Shown here one piece after another: positions 25,144-36,552 of a stretch of 64,000 nucleotides of DNA. How positions within the stretch are numbered: position 1 is the first letter of the stretch; each line of letters starts with the position of its first letter. This DNA comes from Pseudogymnoascus verrucosus (Eukaryota), in assembly GCA_001662655.1 (NCBI GenBank), contig KV460257.1. One strand, given 5' to 3'. A program made the position numbers and the translations under genes. The notes under the pieces are model-generated. The model was not told the DNA's origin, ran no database searches, and was given only the letters and a program-made list of their open reading frames with translations.

Positions 25144-26566
25144 ATGGCGATATTAGGTATTACCGTGCCGGCCCTCAAGAAGCTTGCGGTGCCATTTGTT
25201 TGCGGTCTCATCGCGTTTCTGTCACTCAGCTCGCAATATCTGTTCTACCACCTCGAGCCGGGGCCACTGACGGCAACAGAAGCAGCATGGTTCAACTCTC
25301 TCGTCTTTTGCATATGGTATACATATGCAAGAGCTTGCCGCGTTGATCCCGGGAGACTGCCAAAGAGTTTGACAGAGGGTGGTGCGCAAGATGGGGCAGA
25401 AACGGCGAAGGACGCGGATGCACCGGCGAATGTCCAACGTGCCGGCAAGTGGTGCAAAAAATGCGATGCTGTGAAGCCTCCTAGGGCCCATCACTGTCGT
25501 CAGTGTAATCGGTAAGTACCTGTCCTGTCGCGATGAGGCTACTGCCAAAGATAAACTAGATACTAATGCGCCACGCAGCTGCATTCCAAAGATGGACCAT
25601 CACTGTCCATGGACATCCAATTGCGTCTCGCACACCACCTTCCCTCACTTCATTCGTTTTGTATTCTATGCGGTAGTATCTATGGGAGTCCTGGAGTACC
25701 ACCTCTTCAACCGCGGCTACATCGTCTACCAAAACCGCAACCTGCCATCCTACCTCGGGCCCTCCCCCTACGCCCTAGCTCACCTAGTCATCCTCTTCGC
25801 AACTAACTCCCTCGCCCTCTTCATCCTCCTCGTCCTTCTCGTCAGCGCCGGCAACTCCCTCGCCATGAACACCACCATGATCGAATCCTGGGTGATCGAG
25901 CGCCACGAGTCCCTCGCCAACAAAGCGCGCTACCACGGCGGCTTCGTGCACGGCCCCGGCGGGCGCAGGATCCGCATCAGGAAGCAGGAGTTCCCCTATG
26001 ACATCGGCATCTGGCAGAACCTGGTCCAAGGGATGGGGACCCCGAACGTCCTGGCCTGGTTCCTGCCGTTTGCGGGCGACCCGGGTAATGAGACCGGGTG
26101 GGAGTTCCCGGTTAACGGGTTCGAGGACCCGGATGTGACATGGCCGCCGCCGGATCCGGATCGTATGGCGCAAGAGCCGTGGACGAGGGGAGAGGGGGAG
26201 AGGAAGGAGGGGTTCTTGCACGGGGATGGAGGGGACGAGGTGCAGGAGTTTAGGAGGCGGCAGCAGCTGGATTATGAGAAGAGGGGACTGGTTGGGAGGG
26301 GTCTGGAGGGGCGTAACAGACAGGTTAGTGGGGCGCCAGGGAGCTATGACTGGCTTGAGCTGGATGGGGAGGAGGAGGGTAGTGAATACGAAGGCCAGGA
26401 TGAAGACGCGGGTGGGAGTGACGGATGGTTCAATTCTGATAGAGATAGACTGAGAGACTACGGAGTGGATGAGGAAGCGGAATTGGTTGATTGGGAAGAG
26501 GACGACGATATTCCTCTTGGCGAGCTACTGAGAAGACGGCGTGGCCGTGTAGCTGAGGCTTCATAA
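25144..26566 (+). CDS. PFA4: DHHC palmitoyltransferase Pfa4
   Basis: Intron 25512-25578. [53 protein letters not shown] and WPPPDP motifs; four hydrophobic segments. Confidence 0.9.
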
Positions 26567-27687
26567 TAGCAATGTAATATCATGGAATCTGTTTCTTTGT
26601 CTCTACTTCTGAGTAACTAGCTCATTAATTGTAGCCGTGAGTGATTGGACGCCATTATTTTAACCATGATTACTGGAAACGCCTCTATTGCGCACAGTCT
26701 CTCTTCAAACATTTTGGGTGGCAGGAGTAGGGCTGAAGAGGTGGATACATGATAAGTGGCAAAGTAAACAAGGAAAGAGATTCCCATCCTAAGCACGGCA
26801 CATGACGATCCCGGTTTGGCTGCAAAGTGGAGCAAAAATCTGTTTACAATGTTTTTTTAGACGGGTTTTGCCTAGCGGATTCCTGTTTCCGGCCACCAAA
26901 CGAGGAACCATGTCTTACTAGTAAACCCTCAAAAACCAGCTCCCATCGTAAAGATAAGCAAAGATCATAGAACCTACCATGTCATAGTCCCCTCCTGCCT
27001 CGACTAAACAATCCTCTAAGCCAATCCTCAGGTTTATACTGTATAGCAGACGTGATCCGAGCCTCCCAGCCACCGCGAACATCACATCTCTCACAGCCCC
27101 GAAACACGAGCAACATTCGCTACAACCTCCAAGGAACAGCGACGTAAGTGGGCGGCGCGGAATCGGCACTACGTTAGCTCCGCACGGTCCAATCCCATAC
27201 CAGTTTCGCCAACCCCCTCCCCACCAGTGTTTCTAAATTCAGCACTGGACAGCCAATCAGTCGTCGCCAAGAGCGAAACCCCAGCCTCGTATCTGCCAAG
27301 AGATGCGATTTGGCAGGCTATCGGCGATTGCTGGCATGGTAACGGACTTCCTCGTACCGGGACCCCGCTATGACGAGTGAACTGTGTGCAGCGGGAGAAA
27401 GAAAATGTCAGGGCGGGGTTGCTGGGATACGGTATAAGATAGACGCTGGAGGGCTTTGGGTGTGCTGGCTTGTGTGATGATATTGTCTTGATCAGGTCGT
27501 GCCTTCCGTTAAAAACATTCGCTACTCCAAAACCCCAGAGGAAAAATAAATAAATAAGAGGATTTAACAAAGTTCTCTTCTCAAAACACCATCGTTGGAA
27601 GGATTCGGACCTGACTCGGGGACTTCAAAGAACTGAAGACATTTTCTGCAAAAATCTGTGGACAGACACCAACTCGACATTCTCAAA

Positions 27688-27918
27688 ATGCAATTCTCCA
27701 GCCTCATTACACTCGCCCTCGTCGGCATGGTATCAATGGTGGCAGCACGCCCAGTCATTTGTGCAGAGGTATGTCTACTTCTCCTACAATACAGCAATAT
27801 TCGTTACTAACAATCGACACAGAAAACCCTCGATGGCATCCTCCTCGGCCGCCTGCCCAAAAACGCCTGCTGCTCCTACGGCTCCTGCGTCGGCGACGTG
27901 AACGTCTCCGGTGGCTGA
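27688..27918 (+). CDS. 58-aa small secreted cysteine-containing peptide
   Basis: Exon 27688-27768, intron 27769-27822 (GTATGT..ACTAAC..CAG), exon 27823-27918: MQFSSLITLALVGMVSMVAARPVICAEKTLDGILLGRLPKNACCSYGSCVGDVNVSGG*. Start context CAAAATG and C-ending codon bias. Confidence 0.82.
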
Positions 27919-29047
27919 AAATAGCCCCGTCAAGAGAATGAAATATAAATAAAATACGAAAACAAATACACATCACAAAATCAGCATTATAATGGCGTCA
28001 AATTATTGGCTTGGAGGGAGGCGTTACGAAATCAACAGCATGTATTCAGTCAGCGGAGTTTTTACTGGATATTTTACATGGAAAGGAGGCAGGGCAACAT
28101 GGAGGGGGAACAATGGACGCATAACGGAATCACGGATAATACGGAATATGGGGATTTAGAAAGGCGGCGGCGGAATATGGGAGAGTGCGCTATATGCCCA
28201 GTTGTGGCTTTAGTTGGCAACCCATGAGGTAGATAGAACATAAGCTACAGATCACACAATACGAGCATATCAGTAGTCCGCAGTGGCTTCAACCGCATTC
28301 GTTCCTGTGCAGCTTTAGGTGTGATATCGGGATTGGTTACTCGGGTTGCTCGGTTCGTAGCGTTGATGTTGTGCATTCGTATTCAGCGGCGCTATGAGGC
28401 TGCAGATGGTTTAATGCGGCTGCTAGACTGGATGGAAACTTGTATTTATATATGCTTGGATTGGCTACCATTGAATCGGATATGTCGATTCGGTTTCTTG
28501 CGGGGTATCAACAGCTCGCAGATCTTATCGCAGCAATGCTTGTTAATAGTAGCTGTTGTGTTATATAATGGTTTGGTCACCTAAGTTCTTATCCCAAAGG
28601 AAAAATTATATTGTTAGTATAAAAATATTCACATGGACTAAAATTATTACATTACTAACTAGACACCCATAAATTAATATATAGGGATAACTTCAACCAG
28701 CCTCAAATGTAAACATCAATCCCCAAGACCCTTATTCTGCGCAAGTATGCGAAGTCGAAATCCCCCCCCTCTTTGACGTCATATTCGAGATAAGAAAGGC
28801 AGGCACAATCGTGGTCCGATAAGCGCTGTACCTGAACGATATCTTGACGAGCCTCTCCAACTTCCTTGCATCAACACCAAGACGTTGCACAGTTGCTCCT
28901 TCCGTCGATAATCGAATTGCTTGTAATGAACGAGATGTATTCTCGCCGAAGCCCTTGAGTCATGGCCCGGGATATCGACCTCTCCCCGCCTTAGTTCTGT
29001 ACATGGAATCGAGCGTAACGCCTTTACACACACCAGCCTCTGTCACC

Positions 29048-30862
29048 ATGGGGAAACTCACTTCTCACTCATTGAGGCTTCCGAGCAGATGGCGCTTTCA
29101 GTGGCGAGATGCAGTTATTCTGCTACTTGTCATTCTGATCTGTTTTTCGTACACGGCTTCAATCCCCGCTTTTGAATCCAAGATTGGATCGGACGATCTG
29201 TTCGCCAAGGCGAACATCGTGCTTGAGAAAGAGGATGGAGCACAACATGGCACAAACCTAACAATGATACCTGGAAGCAAAAAAGATGGAAATACCTTGG
29301 AGCCACTTATTAATGCAGTCGACGTTATGCAAACCCACTACTTCCAGGTCTGGGCAGGACTCTGGCCAACAGCAATCGACTGGACATCAGCCGTCACCGC
29401 GACCCATATAGCAGCCGCCATGAGTACAGTCTCATCAGCGACGAACTACGTACTACAGCCCAGATTCGGAGACTATGCTCTGATACTGGGCACCGAGTCA
29501 CTCATCAACAGATTCATGTCACATCTGATGGGCTTCTACTTCGGCCAAGATGCATTGACTCTCAGGAGCGAAGCATACGACGACATGCTGTGGGTGGTAC
29601 TGGAGTGGTTAGAGGCCATCAAATTCGTCGACTCCCACTCAACTGAACTTCTCTACGCCGAGGGTCTGCCATCTTGGTACGGCGAAGAATGGATCCCCGG
29701 CTTCGCGCACCGTGCTAGGATTTTCTGGGACCTGGCTTCGAGTGGTTGGGATGTATCAGCTTGTGGAGGGGGGATGGTCTGGTCTCCTTACCTGCTGCCT
29801 TACAAGAATGCAATCACGAACCAGCTTTTCATTACGGCTTCCATATCTATGTACCTCCACTTCCCCGGCGACGACAACGCATCCCCCTTCCAAGCTGGAG
29901 AAAACAGCAGCGCCTCGCTAGCGCCAATGGGAAAGAAAGATCAAAAATTCCTGGACGCAGCGATAGTAGGGTACGAATGGCTCGCCTCGTCAAATATGAG
30001 AAACGCAAAGGGATTATACATTGATGGCTTCCACATCAGCCATAACAGACACCATGGACATTCCGGAGACCGGCACATGAAATGCGATATCCGTAATGAA
30101 ATGGTATACACCTACAACCAAGGCGTCCTTCTCTCCGGCCAACGCGGACTCTGGGAAGCGACAGGGTCGAGAGGGTACCTCGAAGATGGCCACGCTCTGA
30201 TATTCAGCGTCATCAACGCCACAGGCTTTGACCTCGACACCCAGAGCGTATACACCGAAGCCGCCGTGACCACCAACTCCACTCACCCCTGCCTAGGAAA
30301 ATGGCACGGCATCGGCCGCCACGGGATCCTAGAGGAAGCATGCGACGCCTACGGCTCCTGCAGCCAAGACGCGCAGACCTTCAAAGGGATATTCTTCCAC
30401 CACTTCGCTCTATTCTGCCAGCCTTTGCCTCCCTACGTCATCAAGCCCGGGGAGACAGTCGATATACCGACACTAGAAAAATTGAAAGCTTGGCACGTAC
30501 AGAAATGCAGAGGCTACGGGGCGTGGGTCCGGAGAAATGCAGCAGCAGCGAAGGAGACGCTGGATTCGGAGGGGAGAGCCGGGATGTGGTGGGGTGCGCA
30601 TCTTGCGAGTGCGTGGGGCGCGAACGGGGAGGGGGGAGGAGAGGTGCCGGAGGGGGCGGTGGATTATAGGAATTTGGGCGTTCCGAGGGATGGGGTTTGG
30701 AGGTATGGAAGGGTGGTGGAGGGTGCGAAGATGGGGGAGAAGGTTGCGGGGAGGATGGTAAAGGATGCGAATGAGAGGGGGAGAGGGAGGACGGTGGAGA
30801 CGCAGGGGGGGTTAGTTGCTGTGCTGAGGGCGGCGTGGGAGGCGGCGGAGAGGGAATCATGA
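29048..30862 (+). CDS. Glycoside hydrolase family 76 protein
   Basis: WPTAIDWT, YDDMLW (catalytic DD), CGGGMVWS, YKNAITNQLF, YTYNQGV and FKGIFFHH motifs; N-terminal hydrophobic segment; first plausible ATG at 29048 within ORF 28844-30862. Confidence 0.9.
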   Translation: MGKLTSHSLRLPSRWRFQWRDAVILLLVILICFSYTASIPAFESKIGSDDLFAKANIVLEKEDGAQHGTNLTMIPGSKKDGNTLEPLINAVDVMQTHYFQVWAGLWPTAIDWTSAVTATHIAAAMSTVSSATNYVLQPRFGDYALILGTESLINRFMSHLMGFYFGQDALTLRSEAYDDMLWVVLEWLEAIKFVDSHSTELLYAEGLPSWYGEEWIPGFAHRARIFWDLASSGWDVSACGGGMVWSPYLLPYKNAITNQLFITASISMYLHFPGDDNASPFQAGENSSASLAPMGKKDQKFLDAAIVGYEWLASSNMRNAKGLYIDGFHISHNRHHGHSGDRHMKCDIRNEMVYTYNQGVLLSGQRGLWEATGSRGYLEDGHALIFSVINATGFDLDTQSVYTEAAVTTNSTHPCLGKWHGIGRHGILEEACDAYGSCSQDAQTFKGIFFHHFALFCQPLPPYVIKPGETVDIPTLEKLKAWHVQKCRGYGAWVRRNAAAAKETLDSEGRAGMWWGAHLASAWGANGEGGGEVPEGAVDYRNLGVPRDGVWRYGRVVEGAKMGEKVAGRMVKDANERGRGRTVETQGGLVAVLRAAWEAAERES

Positions 30863-31499
30863 ATGTGCATTTTTTATATAGAAGGGGCTTGAAATGGGGC
30901 TTGGGATTGAGAATGGGGCTAGCATAAATAGATGATATCTGGGCGGTTATCTGCATTACACGGAAGGCGGCCTCGGCATTTATTATACAGAGCGGGTTCG
31001 CGGGTGGGAAGGAGCCGCGGCGAACGGGGATAAACGGCACACACACAATTGCTAGGTTATTAGAAAGTCGATAAATGAGCTTGATTTACTAGGATATCGT
31101 TATTATTCCGCGGGTACCTTTTTTTAAGGTTGGGGTTTTTGAGTCTTGTGTGTTTGGCCGCCTGTTGCGAGGACCGATCGCCGGGGCCAGCCGAGGCTAT
31201 GCATGGGGCCGTGAGAACCGGTTGTGGAGCGGGGCTATCTATGATTGAGAGGTATGGAGCTGTGGTGATGTGGAGGAGGGGGCTTGGCGGGTGGTGGTTT
31301 TGGTGGTATCGTGGCTTGGTTCGGTGGATGTAGTTGTATAATTATCACAGTTTATAGGGTGGTGGTAGAGTAGATCAGAAAACGTTTGTGTACTGTAAGA
31401 AGTGGCATATCGCATTCAAATAAAAGGCCTGCTATCAATACAATTTAATCCAACAAACACCCCCCTTCTTTTCCTCCTATCATCATCATATCTAACCAT

Positions 31500-33521
31500 C
31501 TAGATCTCCAACGTAACCTTCTGTCCCTTAACCCTCCCAATAACCTGACTAGGCGCATACTTAGGGATCACCTCATCATCATGCAACATCTCAAACTCCT
31601 CAGTAGCATCCTTCCCCATGAAATTCATAATCGCCTGCGGTCCACCGGGGTGCTCATCAAGCCAATCAGAGAGATCCATCACGACGCCCTTGACGACGAC
31701 CCAGAGGTCGCCCTTGGTGTTGTGCTTAGCCACCTCCTCGAGGGTGTACTCCTTCTCTGGGATGGAGAATTTCGCTGGTGCGGCAGCGGCGGCGGGGGCG
31801 GGGGCAGCAGCGGCTTGAGCGGATGCAACAGGCGCGCCGGCACCGGATGCGCCGTCCCAGGTGACGGAGACGCGGCCGGGCTGCGAGGGGTCAATGTGCA
31901 GGGAGATCTGGCCAAGACGCTGGTTTGCGCCTCCAGCGCTCTTAAGAGTCTCCTGGAAGAGGTAGTTTGCAGCGGTATCACCAGCGACGCGACCGTAGAC
32001 GACGCAGCCGAGGAGGGAGGAGCCACCGAGGCGGTTAGCGCCGTGGACGCCACCGGCGAGCTCACCGCAGGCGTAGAGGCCCTCGAAGGGCTTGCCCTCG
32101 GAGTTGAGGATCTGGGCCTGGTCGTTGATCTCGATTCCGCCCATGGTGAAGTGGAGGACGGGCTCCATGACGGAGACGTAGAAGTAGTCGTCTACATTTA
32201 CGGGGCCGTTGTGGAAGAACTTCTTGCCGTAGGGGTCCTTGTCCTTGCCGTCGGCGATGGAGTTGTAGGCGGTGAAGGTGCTCTGGAGGTGCTGGGGGGT
32301 GCAGCCGATTTCCTTGGCGAGTTCCTCGCCGGTCATCTTCTTCATTAGGCCACGGCCGGCGTAGTGGCGGGTGTGGAAGTCGAGGACGTTGGAGGCTTTG
32401 GAGTTGAGGACGAGGCGGACGGGGAACTTGCCCTTCTCCTTCTCCTTCCACATCTCGCCGGAGACGTAGTCACGGTGGCCGAGCTCGTCGCAGAAGCGGT
32501 TGCCGTCGCCGTTGAGGAGGAGACCACCTTCGCCGCGGAGGGCCTCGGCGGCGAGGAACTTCCACTTCGAGTTGGGGTCCTTGGGGTCGACCAGGCCGGT
32601 GGGGTGGACCTGGACCTTGTCCATGTCGATGCCGTTGCCGCCGATGGCCATGACCATCTTCTGTCCGTCACCGGTGGCGTGCACGCCGTTGGTGGAGGAG
32701 AGGTTGAAGGTGTCGGGCCTGTGCTTCTTGAGGAGGGAGGTCTCGGTGAAATCGGCGGCGTAGCCACCGGTCGCGAGGACGACGGGGCCATCGAGCACGG
32801 CGGGCTTGCCTTCGAACTCGTATGTGACACCGGTGATCTTGTTGCCCTCCTTGTTGACGGCGGTGACGCGGGCCTTCTTGATGATTTGGACGCGCTCAGG
32901 CTCCTTCTCGGCGAGCTCCTCGAGACGCACCATCAAGGCGTAGGTGATGGCCATGCCGGGGAACTTGGCATCGTGACCTCTGTGAGTTCTTGGCTCGGAG
33001 TGTCCTCTGTGATGAAATGTTAGTAAGAGTCACATGCTAATATGAGGCTGAGAATACGGACCCAAGACGGGAGACGAGAGTCAGGTCCAGGTTGAACTCG
33101 TCTTGCAGCCACTCAACAGCCGCAGCGGACTTGTATGTGAGGACCTTGATGAGATCTGGCCTGGCCTTATCTCTCGCGGACTTGAGGGTATCGTTGTAGA
33201 AGAGCTTGACGGAATCTGGGATCTTCTGGTCGACCTGTGTCCTGGTGAGGGCACCGTTGATGCCGGAAGTGGCCTACGGGGCGGAATTAGTAACTTGGTA
33301 TGAGGTTAATTGAAGCAATAGAACTTACCTTTGTCGAGTTTCCACCGAAGAAGCCCTGCTTATCGAGGACAACGACGTTTCCGCCATTGAGGTAGATGGT
33401 ATGCGCGGCACTGAGACCGGACACTGTAATGACATCAGCGGGAGCTCAAAGCCGAGCCGAGCGGAGATGTTGTAAAGAAGCACTTACGTCCTCCGCCAAC
33501 GACAATGATTCTTGGTGCCAT
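31500..33521 (-). CDS. OSM1: Soluble FAD-dependent fumarate reductase with C-terminal cytochrome b5 domain
   Basis: MAPRIIVVGGG/LSGLSAA FAD motif; three short 5' introns (~33487-33426, ~33328-33275, ~33061-33008); GGNSTKATSGING, VQVHPTG, EALRGEGG, HFTMGG, HGANRLGGSSL; b5 heme motif EHPGG. Confidence 0.93.
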
Positions 33522-34815
33522 TGTTGTGATTTTGGGTATAATGTACGAGATAGGAGAAAATGGGAAATGGGTATGATATTTGGGAGGTGGAGGGGAAAAG
33601 AGAGTCAAGAGGAATGTGGATGGGTTTTGTTCGCCCGACCTACCTCTCTTCCCCCACAAGCGTTTGGGTATCTCCACCGTGGGACTACCGAGGCACTCCA
33701 TAAGTTCCCTCCCCCACTGGGGTAAGCGCGGCTGGGGGAGCGAATGGCCGTGCCGATTTCTGTCAGCAGATCAGGTGACTAGCCGGACGCAAGCAGAGCA
33801 AGGTATATACACATGTTATACACATGCTATACATGGGATCAATGGGATTAATGGTCTACAAATATCTACAATAAACAATAATACAGCTAATAAGCCACAT
33901 GCAAACGGTTAATGGTAAAATAAATTTTGTATATTCATTTGCCGTTATTTTGCATGATATTTATAATATTTCTTTCATCGGTGTACACTCACCCTGACTT
34001 GCTCATACTATGCAAGCCCTTTATGCCTTCGGGGTATTCTTTCCCAGGCCTACACCCACCCTCACCCGCAAACGCCCACCTAACCTAACGCCCACCTCTC
34101 ACCCTCACCCACCCTACACCCACCTTTACACCCACCTACCACATAATCGTACGAGTAATAGGTGCCCATAATAGTGACATTGCCCCCTCCCACATTTTGC
34201 GGGGACGCCAAGTATCACGCATGTGAAGAAAGAGCGAAATGTTGGAGAAAGAGAGAAAAAGACCGGAGCCCGCACCTCCCCGCACACGTTACTCCTTGGT
34301 TACCCCTTACACCCCTGCTTGCTTCGGTCGTACTTGTCCCACAAGTAGCAAAGAAGTACACATACTACCTACACATTAACTACCCCGTAGTAGTAGGCTC
34401 AACGCACTCACCAGTATTTTTGCCCCAACCAATCTCCGGCTCCCCCATTTTCTCCAGGTTTGGTGGTGGAGTTTGGCAGGAGGGAGCACGCACCGGCAAG
34501 CACCACCGGACACCACACCACCTTGAATCGCACATCATGTATCGGTGTTAGGTACCGCCGCCTGCTACCGTTACCACCAGCCTCATACAGTCATGCAGCA
34601 CAACACAACACAACACAACCGCAGCTGGCATGTGAAAGGAGGCTCATTAATGTATGTGTAATGTAACATCTGAGAATCATGTATGATATTTGAAGTCACC
34701 CATCATAAGCTGCAGCAGAGTGATTGCAACAGTTATATTATATTATCGGGTTTGTCCCATATCTCGCAAGTTCTTCCTTTTCCAGTCATTCAGACGAGCT
34801 CCATTCAGGCACTTG

Positions 34816-35013
34816 GAGTCAGCTACGTCACGTCAGTATTTGGAAACCATGAGTGATATTCCAGTCACCCATTCTGCAACAAGATGATTTCAACAATTAT
34901 AGTTCAATAATTCTATCTTATTGTCGCCCTTTAAAATCTTGCATTCCCTTCCCCAGCCATTCAGCCATCCAGCCATTCACTCCCCGCTGAGTCAGTTACG
35001 TCACGTCAGTATT
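34816..35013. promoter_or_regulatory. Duplicated 25-bp element containing AP-1/GCRE-like and ATF/CRE-like sites
   Basis: gagtcagctacgtcacgtcagtatt (34816-34840) and gagtcagttacgtcacgtcagtatt (34989-35013); the second gives TGAGTCA plus TTACGTCA. Confidence 0.5.
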
Positions 35014-35145
35014 CGTATCGTACAAATTGATATGGCCGCGATTATTCCCACGCCCATAGCCCGCTAAATATCCCCCCAAACGCCAGAACCAGATATATCC
35101 CATATTGCTAATCGTAAAATTCATCATCACATTCTTTGCGAGCCT

Positions 35146-35820
35146 TTACGCGTAGTTTCGAGCGCCCTTCAAGATCCAGACTTGCCCATTTGCCACCTTG
35201 CTCGCAACGCTTGTAACTTCGATGTTCCCTGGCTGAACCTGTTGAGGAGGATAGTTAGTTGATGCCCTGCTGGATAAGGGTATGGCGATGCTATGACTTA
35301 CAATCCTTTTGCCATCCTTCGTCTCCCACCACACCTCTGTGCCACCAAGAGTCTTCATTTTGGCTCCCTCTGGCCAAGGGCTTTCAGGCACAATATGCTC
35401 TTCGACAAATTGCCTAAGGTTGGCATGGGCCCTGTCCTCCCCAGGCTTGCCCTCATATGCGTCTGCGCCTAATCTGTTGTAGTCCTCGTTTGACTCCCAT
35501 GGCTTTCGCGGAAGCCCGGTGATAGCGCTATTCAAAGGTGCCAGAACTGTCGTATTCTGTTGTCCGTCGGACAGACGCTTACTGATAGCCTCAATATCCC
35601 GTGTGAATCCAGCGAAAATATTGATAGACCGATCGCGACCAAGCACGTCGCAGAGGATGACGGAACCGCCTTCTGGCGGGGTTGAGGCGGACGGATCCGA
35701 CGCCGCTGGAGGCATCACCGGCCCGATATTGTCCATGAAAGGATTCTGTACGTATTTTGCAGAAACAGAGTATATCGAAATAGCTCCAATAAGTAGTGTA
35801 AGGGCTCCTGTCGACCGCAT
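35146..35820 (-). CDS. Secreted FAS1 (fasciclin) domain protein
   Basis: Signal peptide MRSTGALTLLIGAISIYSVSA; TTVLAPLNSAI, PRKPWE, NLRQFVEEHIV, NGQVWILKG; intron 35301-35239. Confidence 0.85.
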   Translation of the reverse strand: MRSTGALTLLIGAISIYSVSAKYVQNPFMDNIGPVMPPAASDPSASTPPEGGSVILCDVLGRDRSINIFAGFTRDIEAISKRLSDGQQNTTVLAPLNSAITGLPRKPWESNEDYNRLGADAYEGKPGEDRAHANLRQFVEEHIVPESPWPEGAKMKTLGGTEVWWETKDGKRIVSHSIAIPLSSRASTNYPPQQVQPGNIEVTSVASKVANGQVWILKGARNYA

Positions 35821-36552
35821 TTCGTTGTTGTCAAGTTGGTTGAGTATCGAAGAGGCCTTGGTGATCGATCCACACGTAACCGGAACCATAACTCCGATAT
35901 GGGAAGAGTATGACGACGTTTCGGCTCGCTTAGTCTCCGCCCGCGAGGCTGCGAAACTCTCTTCCCCAGCGTCAGGGCAGACTATTCGGAAATAGGGTAG
36001 GGAAGGAAAACAGCCGCGTCGACATCTCTCTGTAAATTATTTGTATGATTAAGACATAAACTCTGCTATAATAAACTGTACCCAGAGTCCAAAGCACTGA
36101 TTTACGGTTCTCAGAGACCCTCAACGTGTATTTGCGTCACAGGTACTCTCCGGGGAGGCTGCGGTTTGCACGACTTGCACCACGCTAAGAGCGGTATTTT
36201 CCGCTGGCCAGCGGGTTTGAGATCTCCCTACTCAAGAGACAACCCTCACCGGGAACTCAAGCTTCAAAAGAATCATCATACAACAGACTCCTTTAAGGCC
36301 ATGGTTCTCGCTGCATGAGCGCCATCGGCATATCTTAGATCTTTTACCGGGTTTGCTCAGGCACCTCCGATCGATCGCTGCGAAGTAGTCTCTTCGGCTC
36401 AGCATTCACGATACAAAAATCAGCTCTCCTGACGCAACAGTGAGCCGCTGATTCACTCAGGGAGAACACTTCAGTGTCTCTTATATTGCGTCGGCAGTAT
36501 CTCTTCCGACCCTCTATAAGTTATCAACTGCTCATGCTCAACATTCGCTGAC

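Noticed and set aside
31500..31760. Fumarate reductase-cytochrome b5 fusion as a novelty
   Set aside because: To my knowledge this architecture is common in filamentous ascomycete Osm1 homologues.
31581..33023. Long antisense ORFs over OSM1 (and similar ones over SIN3, GH76, amidase, Atg14)
   Set aside because: Expected shadow ORFs of GC-rich, codon-biased genes.
34460..34666. ORF ending ..VCVM* as an a-factor-like pheromone precursor
   Set aside because: The Cys is third from the end, so this is not a CaaX box, and there is no suitable short ATG-initiated ORF.
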